From NCBI GenBank assembly GCA_024137785.1, contig JAHRHZ010000021.1:42520305-42583244 (forward strand): DNA of 62,940 bases, in the 5' to 3' direction. Positions 48,495-59,141 of this stretch are shown in pieces. The notes beneath the pieces are model-generated. The model saw only the letters and a program-made list of their open reading frames with translations. It was not told the DNA's origin and ran no database searches. The stretch comes from Ginglymostoma cirratum. Taxonomy: Eukaryota. How positions within the stretch are numbered: position 1 is the first letter of the stretch; the number at the start of each line of letters is the position of its first letter. The position numbers and the translations under genes are program-made.

Positions 48495-49385
48495 GGCACA
48501 ACAATGCCTCCATTTCATCAGGAGGCTAAGGAAATTTGGCATGTCCATAAAGGCACTCACCAAATTTTATAGATGCACCATTAAAAGCATTCTATCCGAA
48601 TTCATCACAGCTAGGTACGGCAACTGCTTTGCCAAGGACCGTTAAAAAAGAACTAGAAAGTTGTGAACACAACCCAGTCCATCACACAAGCCAACCTACC
48701 ATCCGTTACATTTCTTGCTGCCTCAGGAAGGCATTCAGCATAATCAAAGACCCCTCCCACCCTGCTTATAATCTCTTCCATTGGGCAGAAGGTGCAAAAG
48801 GTGAAAAAGACGTACCAGCAGATTCAAGAGATAATAGGAACTGCAGATGCTGGAGAATCCGAGATAACAAGGTGTGGAGCTGGATGAACACACCAGGCCA
48901 AGCAGCACCATNNNNNNNNNNNNNNNNNNNNNNNNNNNNNNNNNNNNNNNNNNNNNNNNNNNNNNNNNNNNNNNNNNNNNNNNNNNNNNNNNNNNNNNNN
49001 NNNNNNNNNNNAGGAGCAGGAAAGCTTGACGTTTCGGGGCCTAGACCCTTCATCTACGCCTGAAACGTCAAGCTTTCCTGCTCCTATGGTGCTGCTTGGC
49101 CTGGTGTGTTCATCCAGCTCCACACCTTGTTATCCCAGCAGATTCAAGTCCAGCTTCCTCCCCGCAGTTATTAGATTTCTGAATGAACCTCTCAAGTTTT
49201 AAACTTAATGTTGATCTTGCACTTTGTGCACCTTCTCTGCAGCTGCAACATTGTACTTTTGCTCTTTTCTATTACCTTAGTGGATTTGTACGGTATGATC
49301 TGCCTGTACTGTACTCAAAACAAAACTTTTCATTATACATAGGTACATGTGACACCTCAATAATAAATCAAATCAAAATCAAAAC
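48495..49385 (+). mobile_element. Rex1/Babar-type LINE 3' end, split by a PLE palindrome
   Basis: AQQCLHFIRRLRKFGMSIKALTKFYRCTIKSILSEFITARYGNC; ends aataaatcaaatcaaaatc. Confidence 0.75.
48829..49134. mobile_element. PLE 3'-end palindrome with 14-bp TSD; contains the 100-N gap at 48912-49011
   Basis: TSD ccagcagattcaag at 48815-48828 and 49135-49148. The arms share private variants. Confidence 0.85.
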
Positions 49386-49428
49386 TTGCCTTTTTTGGAG
49401 TCTCATGCATTTTCGATTTATGTTGCAG

Positions 49429-49457
49429 ATTTTGGTGCCTTTTTTATAACGTTAATG
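49429..49457 (+). pseudogene. Partial duplicate of PTPRZ1 exon 11 with its acceptor (pseudo-exon or alternative exon)
   Basis: agtctcatgcattttcgatttatgttgcag|attttggtgcctttttt aligns with agtctaacttattttttgttatatattgcag|attttggtgcctttttc at 51562-51609. Confidence 0.6.
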
Positions 49458-50270
49458 GTACAGTTTGTGACCCTGACACCTCCAAAGCCTACTTTGACCA
49501 AGCTTTTTGTGATCTATTCTACTGTCTCCTTTTGTGAAATTCTCACATTTTGCTTTGTATTGCTTCCTGAAGTGATTAGTGACTTCTCAGCTTTTTCTTT
49601 CACCGATAACAAACTGATTGTTGACATGCAAATGTTTATAGAAAGAAAACTGAAATGGCTAGAATATGCAAATTAAGGTTGATGCAAATTTGTTTGAAGT
49701 GTTTTAATCGTAAGATTCTCTGAGCTGATAAATGCGGAAAAAAACGAGGTATTTGTTGCTTGGCAACAGATGTGAGAAAAACAAGAACATTTTGTATTTA
49801 TGTAACACCTTTAACATACTAGAATTTCCAAGGTGCTTCACAGGAAGCAATCTGACTAAAGCTTATTAGCTCTGTTTCTTTTGTATGATAATTTTATTGG
49901 AGGTATTAAAATGAGCTACTAAAGGCTGCTTTTTGTAATGCTTGCAAAAAATTATGTCCTTTTCTGCACATACCAATGCTTGATTTTTCTCAAATAAAAT
50001 TCGAGGAAAATCAATAAACCATCATCTGCTAATACGGTCAACAGTGATTTCTAGAGTTACAGTGAGGATTCTTATAAACTGAAATCAGAATTCTTCCTCG
50101 GTCTAATTGCCATTTCAAGAGAACATGTCCATTCAGTTCCTTTACATTGTTGGGGTTAGTAAGCATTCCACATTTAACCATGCTTCAGCCAGAGCAGCAA
50201 ATATTTCTGATCAATTTAATTTCTCCAGCCCTGAAGTTGTGGCTTCAAGCAGACTCCTGGTGTCAATGAT

Positions 50271-50457
50271 AAAATGTACTGCAGACGCTGGAGAATCCGA
50301 GACAACAAGCATGGGGCTGGATGAACACAGCAGGTCAAGCAGCATCATAGGAGCAGGAAAACTTACGTCATCCAGCCCCATGCTTGTTGTCTCGGAAGTT
50401 TTCCTGCTCCTATGATGCTGCTTGACCTGCTGTGTTCATCCAGCCCCATGCTTGTTG
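50271..50457. mobile_element. Three-piece PLE 3'-end palindrome with 12-16 bp TSD
   Basis: Minus arm to 50364, short plus piece 50368-50395, plus arm from 50396. Direct repeat tcctggtgtcaatgat at 50255-50270 and 50458-50473. Confidence 0.85.
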
Positions 50458-50659
50458 TCCTGGTGTCAATGATCTTTTTGATTTCATTGAACGACCATAC
50501 TTAAAGCATTCATGTTCTCTACCTGATATTATATACAGCGTTTCCAGTAGATAGCAGCCAAAAGCAGAATAACTGGCTGATTTCTTCATTTCTTCCATTC
50601 ACCTAAGGATGTGGTCCTTCCACTCATGCACTGATTAAAGTAACTTACCTTGGTACATA

Positions 50660-51490
50660 TCATTTCGCATACAATACTCCAGGTGTGGTCTTACCAAGAC
50701 CCTGCGTAACTACAATAAGCCACCCAACTTCTGAATGTAAATCCTTTTGCATTGAAGCCAAACATATCATTTTTCCTTCCGAATCACTTGCTGCACCTGC
50801 CTTTTTCCTTCCATAGACTAGTGTAGAAGAATACCCAGATCACTTTGTGCATCCAAATTTCCCAAACTTTTCCATTTAAATGATACTCTGTCTTTCTTTT
50901 TCTCACCCCAAAGTGTATAGTTTCACATTTATCCATATTACACTGCATGTGCCATGTGTTTTCTCATACTTACAACTTGTCCTGAAGCTTCCTTGCATCC
51001 TGTTCACAACTCTCAATCCCATCTAGTTTTGTGTCATTAGCAAAGTTCGAAATGTTGCATTTGATTATCTCATCCAGGTCATCTGTCATGAATAGCTGGG
51101 GCCTCGCCACAGAAAAATACCCATTTATTCTCACTGTCAATCAAATCTCGACCCATGTCTGAAATTAACCCCAGTCTTGCGTGCTTTACTTTTACCCACT
51201 GGCCTCTTAAGTGAGACCTTATCAAAACCATCCTGAAATCAAAATGTGCAAGATTGCCCTTTTCTATATCCTCAGTTACATCCTCAAAAACAGTCCAGTA
51301 GATTATCTAATCATGATTCCCCTTTCATAAACCTATGCTGACTTTGTCTAATCCCATTAGTGCTTTCCAAATGTTCTGTTATCACCTCTTTTATAATAAA
51401 CTTCAGCATTTTCCCCATGACTGATGTTAGGTTCATTAATATGTAATTCTGTTTTTCTTCGCCTCCCACCTCTTTTTTTTAAATGTGGGG
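50660..51490 (-). mobile_element. Old CR1 ORF2 fragment
   Basis: acaatactccaggtgtggtcttaccaa is the reverse of LVRPHLEYC; tttgtgtcattagcaaa is the reverse of FANDTK; cctttcataaacctatgctgact is the reverse of an SQH.F.KG-like motif. Confidence 0.75.
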
Positions 51491-51592
51491 TGATATGGTG
51501 CCTTACAAGGAATTGCATTTATTCTGGTCAAAATTACAAATATGGAAATGATTTTTTTTCTAGTCTAACTTATTTTTTGTTATATATTGCAG

Positions 51593-51639
51593 ATTTTGGT
51601 GCCTTTTTCAATTTTAATGACACATTTGATGATGCAGAG
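51593..51639 (+). CDS. PTPRZ1: PTPRZ1 exon 11 equivalent (47-nt linker exon)
   Basis: Branch point ctaac at 51565, tatattgcag| ... gag|gtaatg; 47 nt, phase 1/0, which bridges exon 10 (phase 1) and exon 12 (phase 0); (D)FGAFFNFNDTFDDAE. The length equals the mammalian exon as I recall it, but protein similarity is low. Confidence 0.78.
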
Positions 51640-53386
51640 GTAATGCAAATATATATTATCCTTTGGCTGTCTGTTGTTGACTTTAAAGAGTTATTTTATG
51701 TATGAATTCATCTGCAAATAGGAGTGCATTTTCATTTAGTACCTCGTTTAAAAGCTTCAATACATGTCTTTAACTACAAGAACAAATAATTTAAGAATAA
51801 ACAAGAGTTCCAATAAATATTGTTATTATTTTTAACTCTCCCTCTTATCTGCATTACAATACGCAATGTGCATTTTTTTTTGTCAATCTTCTCAACAGTC
51901 GAATGTTTCTCTCCAGATTAAATACCGAGCTTTGACAGATTTTAATCTGGTGGCAAAATAAATAAAACTGTAAGTGAAGGTGAAAACGCAACGTCAATGA
52001 ATGTGACATTAAAAGTGACATGACCAGTTTAAGTTGTTCAAGGTTTCCTTTACTTTCCATGTTATTTAATATGCAATGTTATCAATTATTTGTACATTAT
52101 CCAAACAAGAATAATTAAACCTCCTGAGATTTTAAGCATTTGGAGCAGTACAGTCCAAAAAAAAATGCTCACTTGCATCGCTAGTAGAGAAACTCAGTTG
52201 GTCTGGAAATATCTGTGGAGAGAGAAACAGAGTTAACATTTTAAATCCAACATGACTGTTCTTCAGTACCAACTCTTGCCCCCTATATTGGAGTGGGAGG
52301 CCTTCTGGCTTCTGGAGTGAGTCAGAGTTCAACAAATTACCAGAACCGGGAAATGGAGCAGGATAGATTTAAACCAGCTCAAGCATGTTCTGAGTACATT
52401 GCAGATGACTTATAAGCAAACTGTTGTGGGTAACAGGTGGGGTTGGGAGTTCGAAAATCAGTCCCACTGTCAATTTGGCAACTATTAAACCAATACACTT
52501 TGGAGAAAATAGGAAGCTCATCCCTGATGATTTGAATTAGTGGGTGGAATTTATTGCCATTTGACCATGACACATTTGCTGGACAGATAGGCATTGAATC
52601 AGAAATGAGGGTGGTTTGGGTCTTGGTTAGGGTGGATGGAGATGACATTGTTTTCCCATGTCCAACTTGGTTAAGTCCATGGTGGGGAAGCTTGTAGATG
52701 GCCTTCCTGTCCTGTCAACAATTGAGGCCCTCAAATGGTCAATTGATAATGTGCCTCATCCCAAATACTCATGGCTGGTGGTGGCCTTGTCCTGAAAGGA
52801 GCACAACAAGCAAAACCATGCAGGCTAGCTTGTGGGCTCATTTGAGAGGGGAAAGGAGGGGATAGTCCTGCTGAGTGCAGCGCCTGTACTCTTGTTCACC
52901 TCCAAACCCTCCCCCTTACACGCTGCGACCTCCACTCCTGCCATCAATCAATGTAATCCAGTGATGGCCAAATGTGGGTGTGATACTGGCAGCAACCTTC
53001 CCTGGTGGTACTTCTGTTCAAAAGATGACTTTTGTCATCCCAAAGAAGACCTACCACTGTCACCCATCTGAGTGATGGTGGGCCTCTCGCCTGGATGACA
53101 GCCTTCAGCTAAGACACCCATCACCTCCACTAAATCCAGCACAATATTCTAAGCGCACAGATAAAGGGTATGATTCTTATTTGGTTCTTTCAATGTAACT
53201 TCAGCAGAAACCTTGGAGAAATAGTGTAAGTTGCCATTTTTAGTCACTAAGGCTGTTTCCCAACAGTTCTGCTCGTTTTAAGCTGGCAAAACCCTTGCAG
53301 AAGTTCTATGTCAAGTTTGGTCAATAGAATACATAAAATGAAACATGTTTGCATGTATTTTTTTTAAATCTTACTTTCTCCTTCAG

Positions 53387-55982
53387 CCAACAGAAAGTAA
53401 TCCAGAGCAATCAGGACCAATTTTACTTGAAACTCACACAATGTCAATATTTAATCACAAATGGAATGAGAAGAGTGTGGAAGCTGAAAATGAGAAGTCC
53501 ATATATATCAAAGACAAAGAACAGAGTGCAAATGCTGTTCCTAATGAAAAGTATTTTGTCAAGGGAAATGAGGAAATAACCACAAAGGTTGCCATCCCTG
53601 ATGTTCTTTATACCCCTTCCTTCTCTGCGGTTGAAACAATATCGAAGGAGATACGTACTGCACTGCCCCACGAAACCATGATCCCTTCCATAGCTGAGGA
53701 CTCGGATGATTCTTCAGCGGTGGGACCCCTGGAATTGAATGAAATTTTCACCATCACCCACCAAGCAAGAATTCCAGTCACATCCAAAGAAACCCCACAC
53801 TTCAGTACTGCGACGGAATCTGACAATATATTGAGTGTACCCACCATTGGCACCAGAAATATTCCTCGGGCTGTAACGCCTGAAGATGGCCTCACAAGTA
53901 ATTCAACTCCCAATGTATTGCCTGAAACAATGATTGTCATACCTCGGATGGATTCTAGTAAAGAACAAATGATTTCAACCAGTGAAAGAATTAGTTCCCA
54001 AGAGCTCAACACGGTTCCTGATTCTGTCACTTCTGCAGCAACAGTCCAGCCAGATATGGTAACCTCTTCCACCAGCAATGTACTTGCGTCTCGTGAGATG
54101 TTTTCTGAAACTCTTCTTCCTCCTGACCAAGAGATATACCTCCGTAGTACTCCAGATTCCATTGACAAATTAAATACCTTGCGTAAAGAGAAGGAAATCC
54201 AAGCTACCTCTCCTTACTCTACTGGTGAGATGGTGTTTCAAACTACCACTGTGCCCTCAAACAGCGAAGTGTCCTTTCATGCTACCTCTGCTTATACCCA
54301 TGAGGAAGTACTGCTGCAGCCTACTCCCTCCTTATTCAGTGCATCTTTTTATCAATCTTCTGCTTCTGCTGATAGTGAAGTGTTTTTTCAAATGACAAGT
54401 CCTTTATCGACTGACTCAATGTCTCTGTATGTGACCTTTGATTCCCCTGCTAGTGAGACATTTCCTCCTTCTGCCCATACTTTTTGTAGTAGTCAAATGT
54501 TGCTTCAAGCTACTTCTGTTGCTGCTTATGATGAAGTGGGACCGTCTGGTTCATCTCTACCAGCCAATATTGATGCTCAAGCTACCCTTCCTTTAGCTAG
54601 CAATGTGGTGTCTCTTCATACTACCCCTGCTTCCTCCTCTACTGAGAAACTCCCTTATGACCTTCAGAGCTCCTCTGAAATTCCAGCATTACTCAATGTG
54701 ACTTCTGCTGCATCTAGCAGCGAGCTGGTGCTGCATACCACTGCTGCAACCTCTGTTGGCGACCTGTTGTTTGAATCTGCCCTTCCTTTACCCAGTGGTG
54801 TGATGTCTCTTCAAACTTACCCTAGTTCTAAAAAGAATGAGATATTTCTTCATGTTACTCCTGCTCTTTCCGACAGTCTGATGTTGCCTTTGACTCCACC
54901 TGTTGTTCCCAGTGATGAGACTTTGAATGTTACTTCTGCACCCGTTGTTACAGACACATTGATTCAAGTGATCCCTACTTCCTATGAAAGCAAAATGTCT
55001 TCGTATGCTTCTCCTGTTTTTCCCAACAGTCAAATATCAACTGCAGCTGCTCCTGCTTTATCCACTAATGAATTATCCCTGCAAGCTACTGTTAGTGTCT
55101 TTGATAGTACAAGATCATTGAGTGATACCGAAACTTTGAGGAAGAATGAGACAATGCTTTATGTTTCCCTCATGCCTTCCAGTGATAATGCACTCTCTTA
55201 TGTTTCCTCTACTGTTTCCAATAACCAGTTTTCTGTTCCTACTAGCCTGCCTTTATTGTTTGATGATGCAATGCACATTTCTGTTCCAGCGACAACTCCC
55301 AGCAGTGAGCTAACCATGCAAGGTTCTGCTGCTCCCTTGCCATCTCCTTCAGTGCCTTCTTCTGTCACATTGCTGAGTGAAAGTCAGGATGGTGAACTGT
55401 GGTCTTCTGGTTCAGAAATTGATTTGTCAGAGGCAGATGGTAGTGTTCCAACAACATTTTACCCCAGATCTGAGGAAGAAAGTCACTTAAATGGGCAGAT
55501 ATTCAGCACTACAAAGGAGCAGAATAGTCAGTATCCCCAAATCCTATCAGGATCACCTGCGTCTTCTGAAGAAAACTCATTCATCACTACTTTTAACTTC
55601 AATTTAACAGATTCATATGTGGACAGAAATCATTACATGGCAACAATACTGACACCAAAAGCATCCACTGGAAATCACAAAAGACCAACAATAATAGGAA
55701 GACATAATTGGACCACAACAGTAACTACGAAACCATCCCCATCATACTCTAGGACTAGTACCTTCCTGACTACTGAAGAGGAGAGTGGTTCTGGCCAGAG
55801 TGCATCTGATAGTCTAACTGTTAATGAAACTTCAGTGGTGCTAAGTTCCCTCGAGTATAATTATAGAGCATTAGACAGTACACCAGGCACAGGTAAAGCA
55901 GCAGAACCAAGGACGTCACTGCCTTCAGCTCCATCTGTAACTAGTGGGCTTGAAACAACTTTATTCAACATTTATGAGGCAG
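53387..55982 (+). CDS. PTPRZ1: PTPRZ1 exon 12 equivalent: large Ser/Thr/Pro-rich chondroitin-sulfate attachment region
   Basis: ctttctccttcag| ... gaggcag|gttagt; 2596 nt open, phase 0/1. Motifs DGELWSSG, LTTEEESGSGQSASDSLTVNETS and the C-terminal SVTS..F...EA match mammalian PTPRZ1. Confidence 0.95.
54188..55345 (+). repeat. Degenerate coding tandem repeat, about 30 units of 13 aa (39 nt)
   Basis: Manual parse, e.g. EMVFQTTTVPSNS / EVSFHATSAYTHE / EVLLQPTPSLFSA / QMLLQATSVAAYD / ELVLHTTAATSVG / EIFLHVTPALSDS / ELSLQATVSVFDS. Confidence 0.78.
54222..54230 (+). promoter_or_regulatory. Internal alternative 5' splice site in exon 12 (short receptor isoform)
   Basis: CTG|GTGAGA after 54224, phase 1 like the distal donor. 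Protein context QATSPYSTG|E parallels mammalian QTTQPVYNG|E. Confidence 0.75.
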
Positions 55983-55987
55983 GTTAG
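55983..55987 (+). other. In-frame stop within the exon 12 donor (secreted phosphacan-type C-terminus ..EAG*)
   Basis: GAG GCA G|GT TAG: failure to splice adds Gly and then stops before the transmembrane exon. Confidence 0.75.
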
Positions 55988-58956
55988 TTATGATTGAAAA
56001 CCATTTGCAAAACCAAAGTTGAAATCAATGCAGCTCTGGAGGGGATGGTCAGTGACCTTGGTAGTGGGATTCTTGTTGATGCCAGAAAAGGCTCTGTACT
56101 AAGATGACCTGCTCATTTCTCTACGTGACTGTAATCATGGTTGATGGGGTCTATAGTAGCTGACCTACATCTGTAAAATTCAGTAGAATTTTAGGTTAAC
56201 ATAAAACAAACTTTGAATTTATATTTTTAATCATTCTGATTTGGTAATGATCCAAATTAAGTCAGAATTGCCATCAGAATTGTGTGCTATACTTTACATA
56301 ACTGCATTGTTCTCAATTTATTCAGAAATTGAGCTATCGTGAGACTGTTTGCTGAGTAGCACAAAATGATCTCCTACAGTGTAAACTAATGCTAACTGTG
56401 AATAATTTATATTACAATATCAAGATTCAGAAAGTGTTCGAGCTTTATTATAAATGAGCACTGTGTTAGCATCTTTGGTAATCTGAGAAATGTGCAACAT
56501 TGCAATTGACTAATATAGTGAATCTTGTACAATGAGTACAAATATATTTATACCCTTCTAGGAAATTAACAAAAAGAAAAACTTGATTCATATGGAAGAC
56601 AGTAGGGGCGTATATCAATGCATAGACAAATGATGGTGCCTAAACCACAAGTATTCCCTTATCAATTTTTTTCTTTACATTGTGACAGTAACAAACACAG
56701 AGCACAGGTTTTTCAGATATGTTGTGTCATTTACTTCCCTGACTCATGTAGTTAAAAACATTATGGAAGTCAGTGCTTTTGGGCTAGGGCCGATGTTCGG
56801 TTTACACACAGTAGCATTTAATTTGAAATAAAAAGCCATTACTCCCTTGCAAAATAGCATAGATCAAAAAATGAGTAATATTGCTACAAACTCAGTGTGC
56901 ACAATAATATTTGGTCAAATGAGCGCAATAGTGTTTGAGTTTAAAGAAGGTCTGGTATTTTAATCGAAATAATTTAACTTGGTTCAGTTTGTTGTCATGG
57001 GTGCCTTTCTTAATGTACGGCGTTGTATGAAAATTTACAGAATTTGATTTTAAAAGCACATATATCAACTGGCAGTATCAAACAACTGTTTTATAATTTA
57101 TTTAAAAGTCAATGTGTTTTGGGGAAATAATACTGCTGAGAGTTCCAGCAGTGCTAATATGTTATCGTTAACAATCCTGATATGTCTTTATTGTCAACTG
57201 GATCCTTAGAAGTACAAGACAGTGATACCTGTGTTGTTGTATATTTCTCGCTGAGCTGTCTGGTGTCATTTTCAATTTTGTAGTGGGACTCGGTATAACC
57301 ATTACAACAGTAGATTAGCAATTAATCTTTCTTACAGTCAATGTGTTGATTAATATACCTTCTGTCCCTATTCATATATAATATAAAATTTCCTTTTCCT
57401 ACAAGGGGCATTGCAGTAATATAGTTGATGATTGATGCAAGATTTTGAAGTAAATTCTGAAACAATTAATATGTGCCAAACAAAAATGAGCCAAGTGAAG
57501 CTGCAACCAGACAATACACTGGCTCCATTTTAAACTGACCGTTGGAGGTTTCCAAACATATCTACCACTATTAGGTTTGTGTTGTGTTCTCCAACCCACA
57601 AATGGCAAGTTAACATGTAATTTCATAGCTGGCAAATTTACAATGCGAGTGATTGGACCAAACTCTTTACATAAATGGATGAATTTAGTGTGCACTGTTA
57701 TTATGTTCTTGCAGCAATTCTAAATAAGTGGTAAAAGAAAAGTTAAGCTTTTTTTACGTGACTGAATATTGTATGAAACATAAAGATATTTTGTGTGATA
57801 CCAGGATCCTGTTACTCACCGCAGAAAGTCCATGGTGTATAATAGTTTAGTGAGACCAGGCTCCTCTCCCAGAAGCTCTCAATAAGTCCGAGATTAGGGG
57901 CAGAGTCGTGCATTTGTTCCACAGCACCCTGTGATTTTAGTCAATTATTTACTTGATGCAATAAGCTTAAAGCATTCCCATCTGTATCTCATTCTCTGAT
58001 CTGTGATCCTGGCATGCCAGACTTTAGGACAGGAGATTTGTCAAGCAGACCTACAGCCCTAATGGTAATTCTAACCAATTGGTCAAAAATGACATCAGAT
58101 TTGTGTTCAGCTGTAAAATAGCATGCAGTAGGAAAATGATATTAGGGGACAAACGTGGTCATGTGGCTTCGCAGGAAATACTCAACTATCCAAAGAAAGC
58201 AACTGTCTAGTAATCAAATTTTCTCAGACAAAAGACAGTCTCATCTCATACTGGTAGGTGTACTGGTCAGAATTTTGTTTTAAAGAAAAACATATTGACA
58301 AAACTGAGCATGATCTTATATTAGACCAAATTTTAAAAAAATCAGTAACATTTTGGAAATCGAATGTATTGTAACCCTTGCCCGTGCTTATTCACCTTAC
58401 TTGATGTAGAAACATTGTTAATTCATTGTCATGTGGAGCAACGTTTATGCTCAGCCATTCCTGTAATTGGATGGTTCAAATCAATTGAAAATATTTTCAT
58501 ATCTCCACAGATTTCTTCTACATGAGGTCCATCCAAAAGTCATCAGCTTCTGAAAGTAAAGGAACAAATATTTTTTAAAACAACCACGTAATGTCTATTA
58601 GGGAATGCCCACAATCCTCAAAAACATAGGCTCTGGTCCAGACTTTACTCAGTAATATCTGGTGACTGGGCCTACCATAATCCGCCAAAAATGTATAACA
58701 TTTGATAGGTGTTTGGAATTTTGGTATTCCCACTACAACACGGTGAAGGTAATTTGTCTGCTTCAGAATGTCCACGACCCTGTCATGCCTGGCACAGCAA
58801 TGATACATTACATATAATTTGGTTAAACTTCATTGGTGGGCAAGTGTTCACTTGTTCCGCCCAGTGGTGAAAGCTTAACAGCCAGCCTCCAGCCTCCAGC
58901 CTGGGGTGTTCCTATTCACAGCTCCCGTAAGCACTTTCAGGATCATCCATGTATTT

Positions 58957-59141
58957 GAGATAAAAGGTACTGCAGATGCTGGAGAATCCGAGATAACAAG
59001 CATGGGGCTGGATGAACACAGCAGGTCAAGCAGCATCACAGGAGCAGGAAAACTTGACGTTTCGGGCCTAAACCCTTCAAGTTTTCCTGCTCCTGTGATG
59101 CTGCTTGACCTGCTGTGTTCATCCAGCCCCATGCTTGTTAT
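58957..59141. mobile_element. PLE 3'-end palindrome with imperfect 15-bp TSD
   Basis: Minus arm to about 59079, plus arm from 59079. Flanks atcatccatgtattt (58942-58956) and atcatctatgcatct (59140-59154). Confidence 0.85.

Noticed and set aside
52270-53140. GC-richer blocks here and at about 32720-33080, possibly non-autonomous DNA transposons
   Set aside because: I could not find terminal repeats, TSDs or coding motifs, so they are left unannotated.
53608-54168. 186-aa antisense ORF
   Set aside because: It is a shadow of the sense coding exon with no recognisable motif.
53345-55987. 880-aa ORF as a stand-alone gene
   Set aside because: Its first 14 codons are a polypyrimidine tract and acceptor, and its end is a splice donor. 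It is exon 12 of PTPRZ1.
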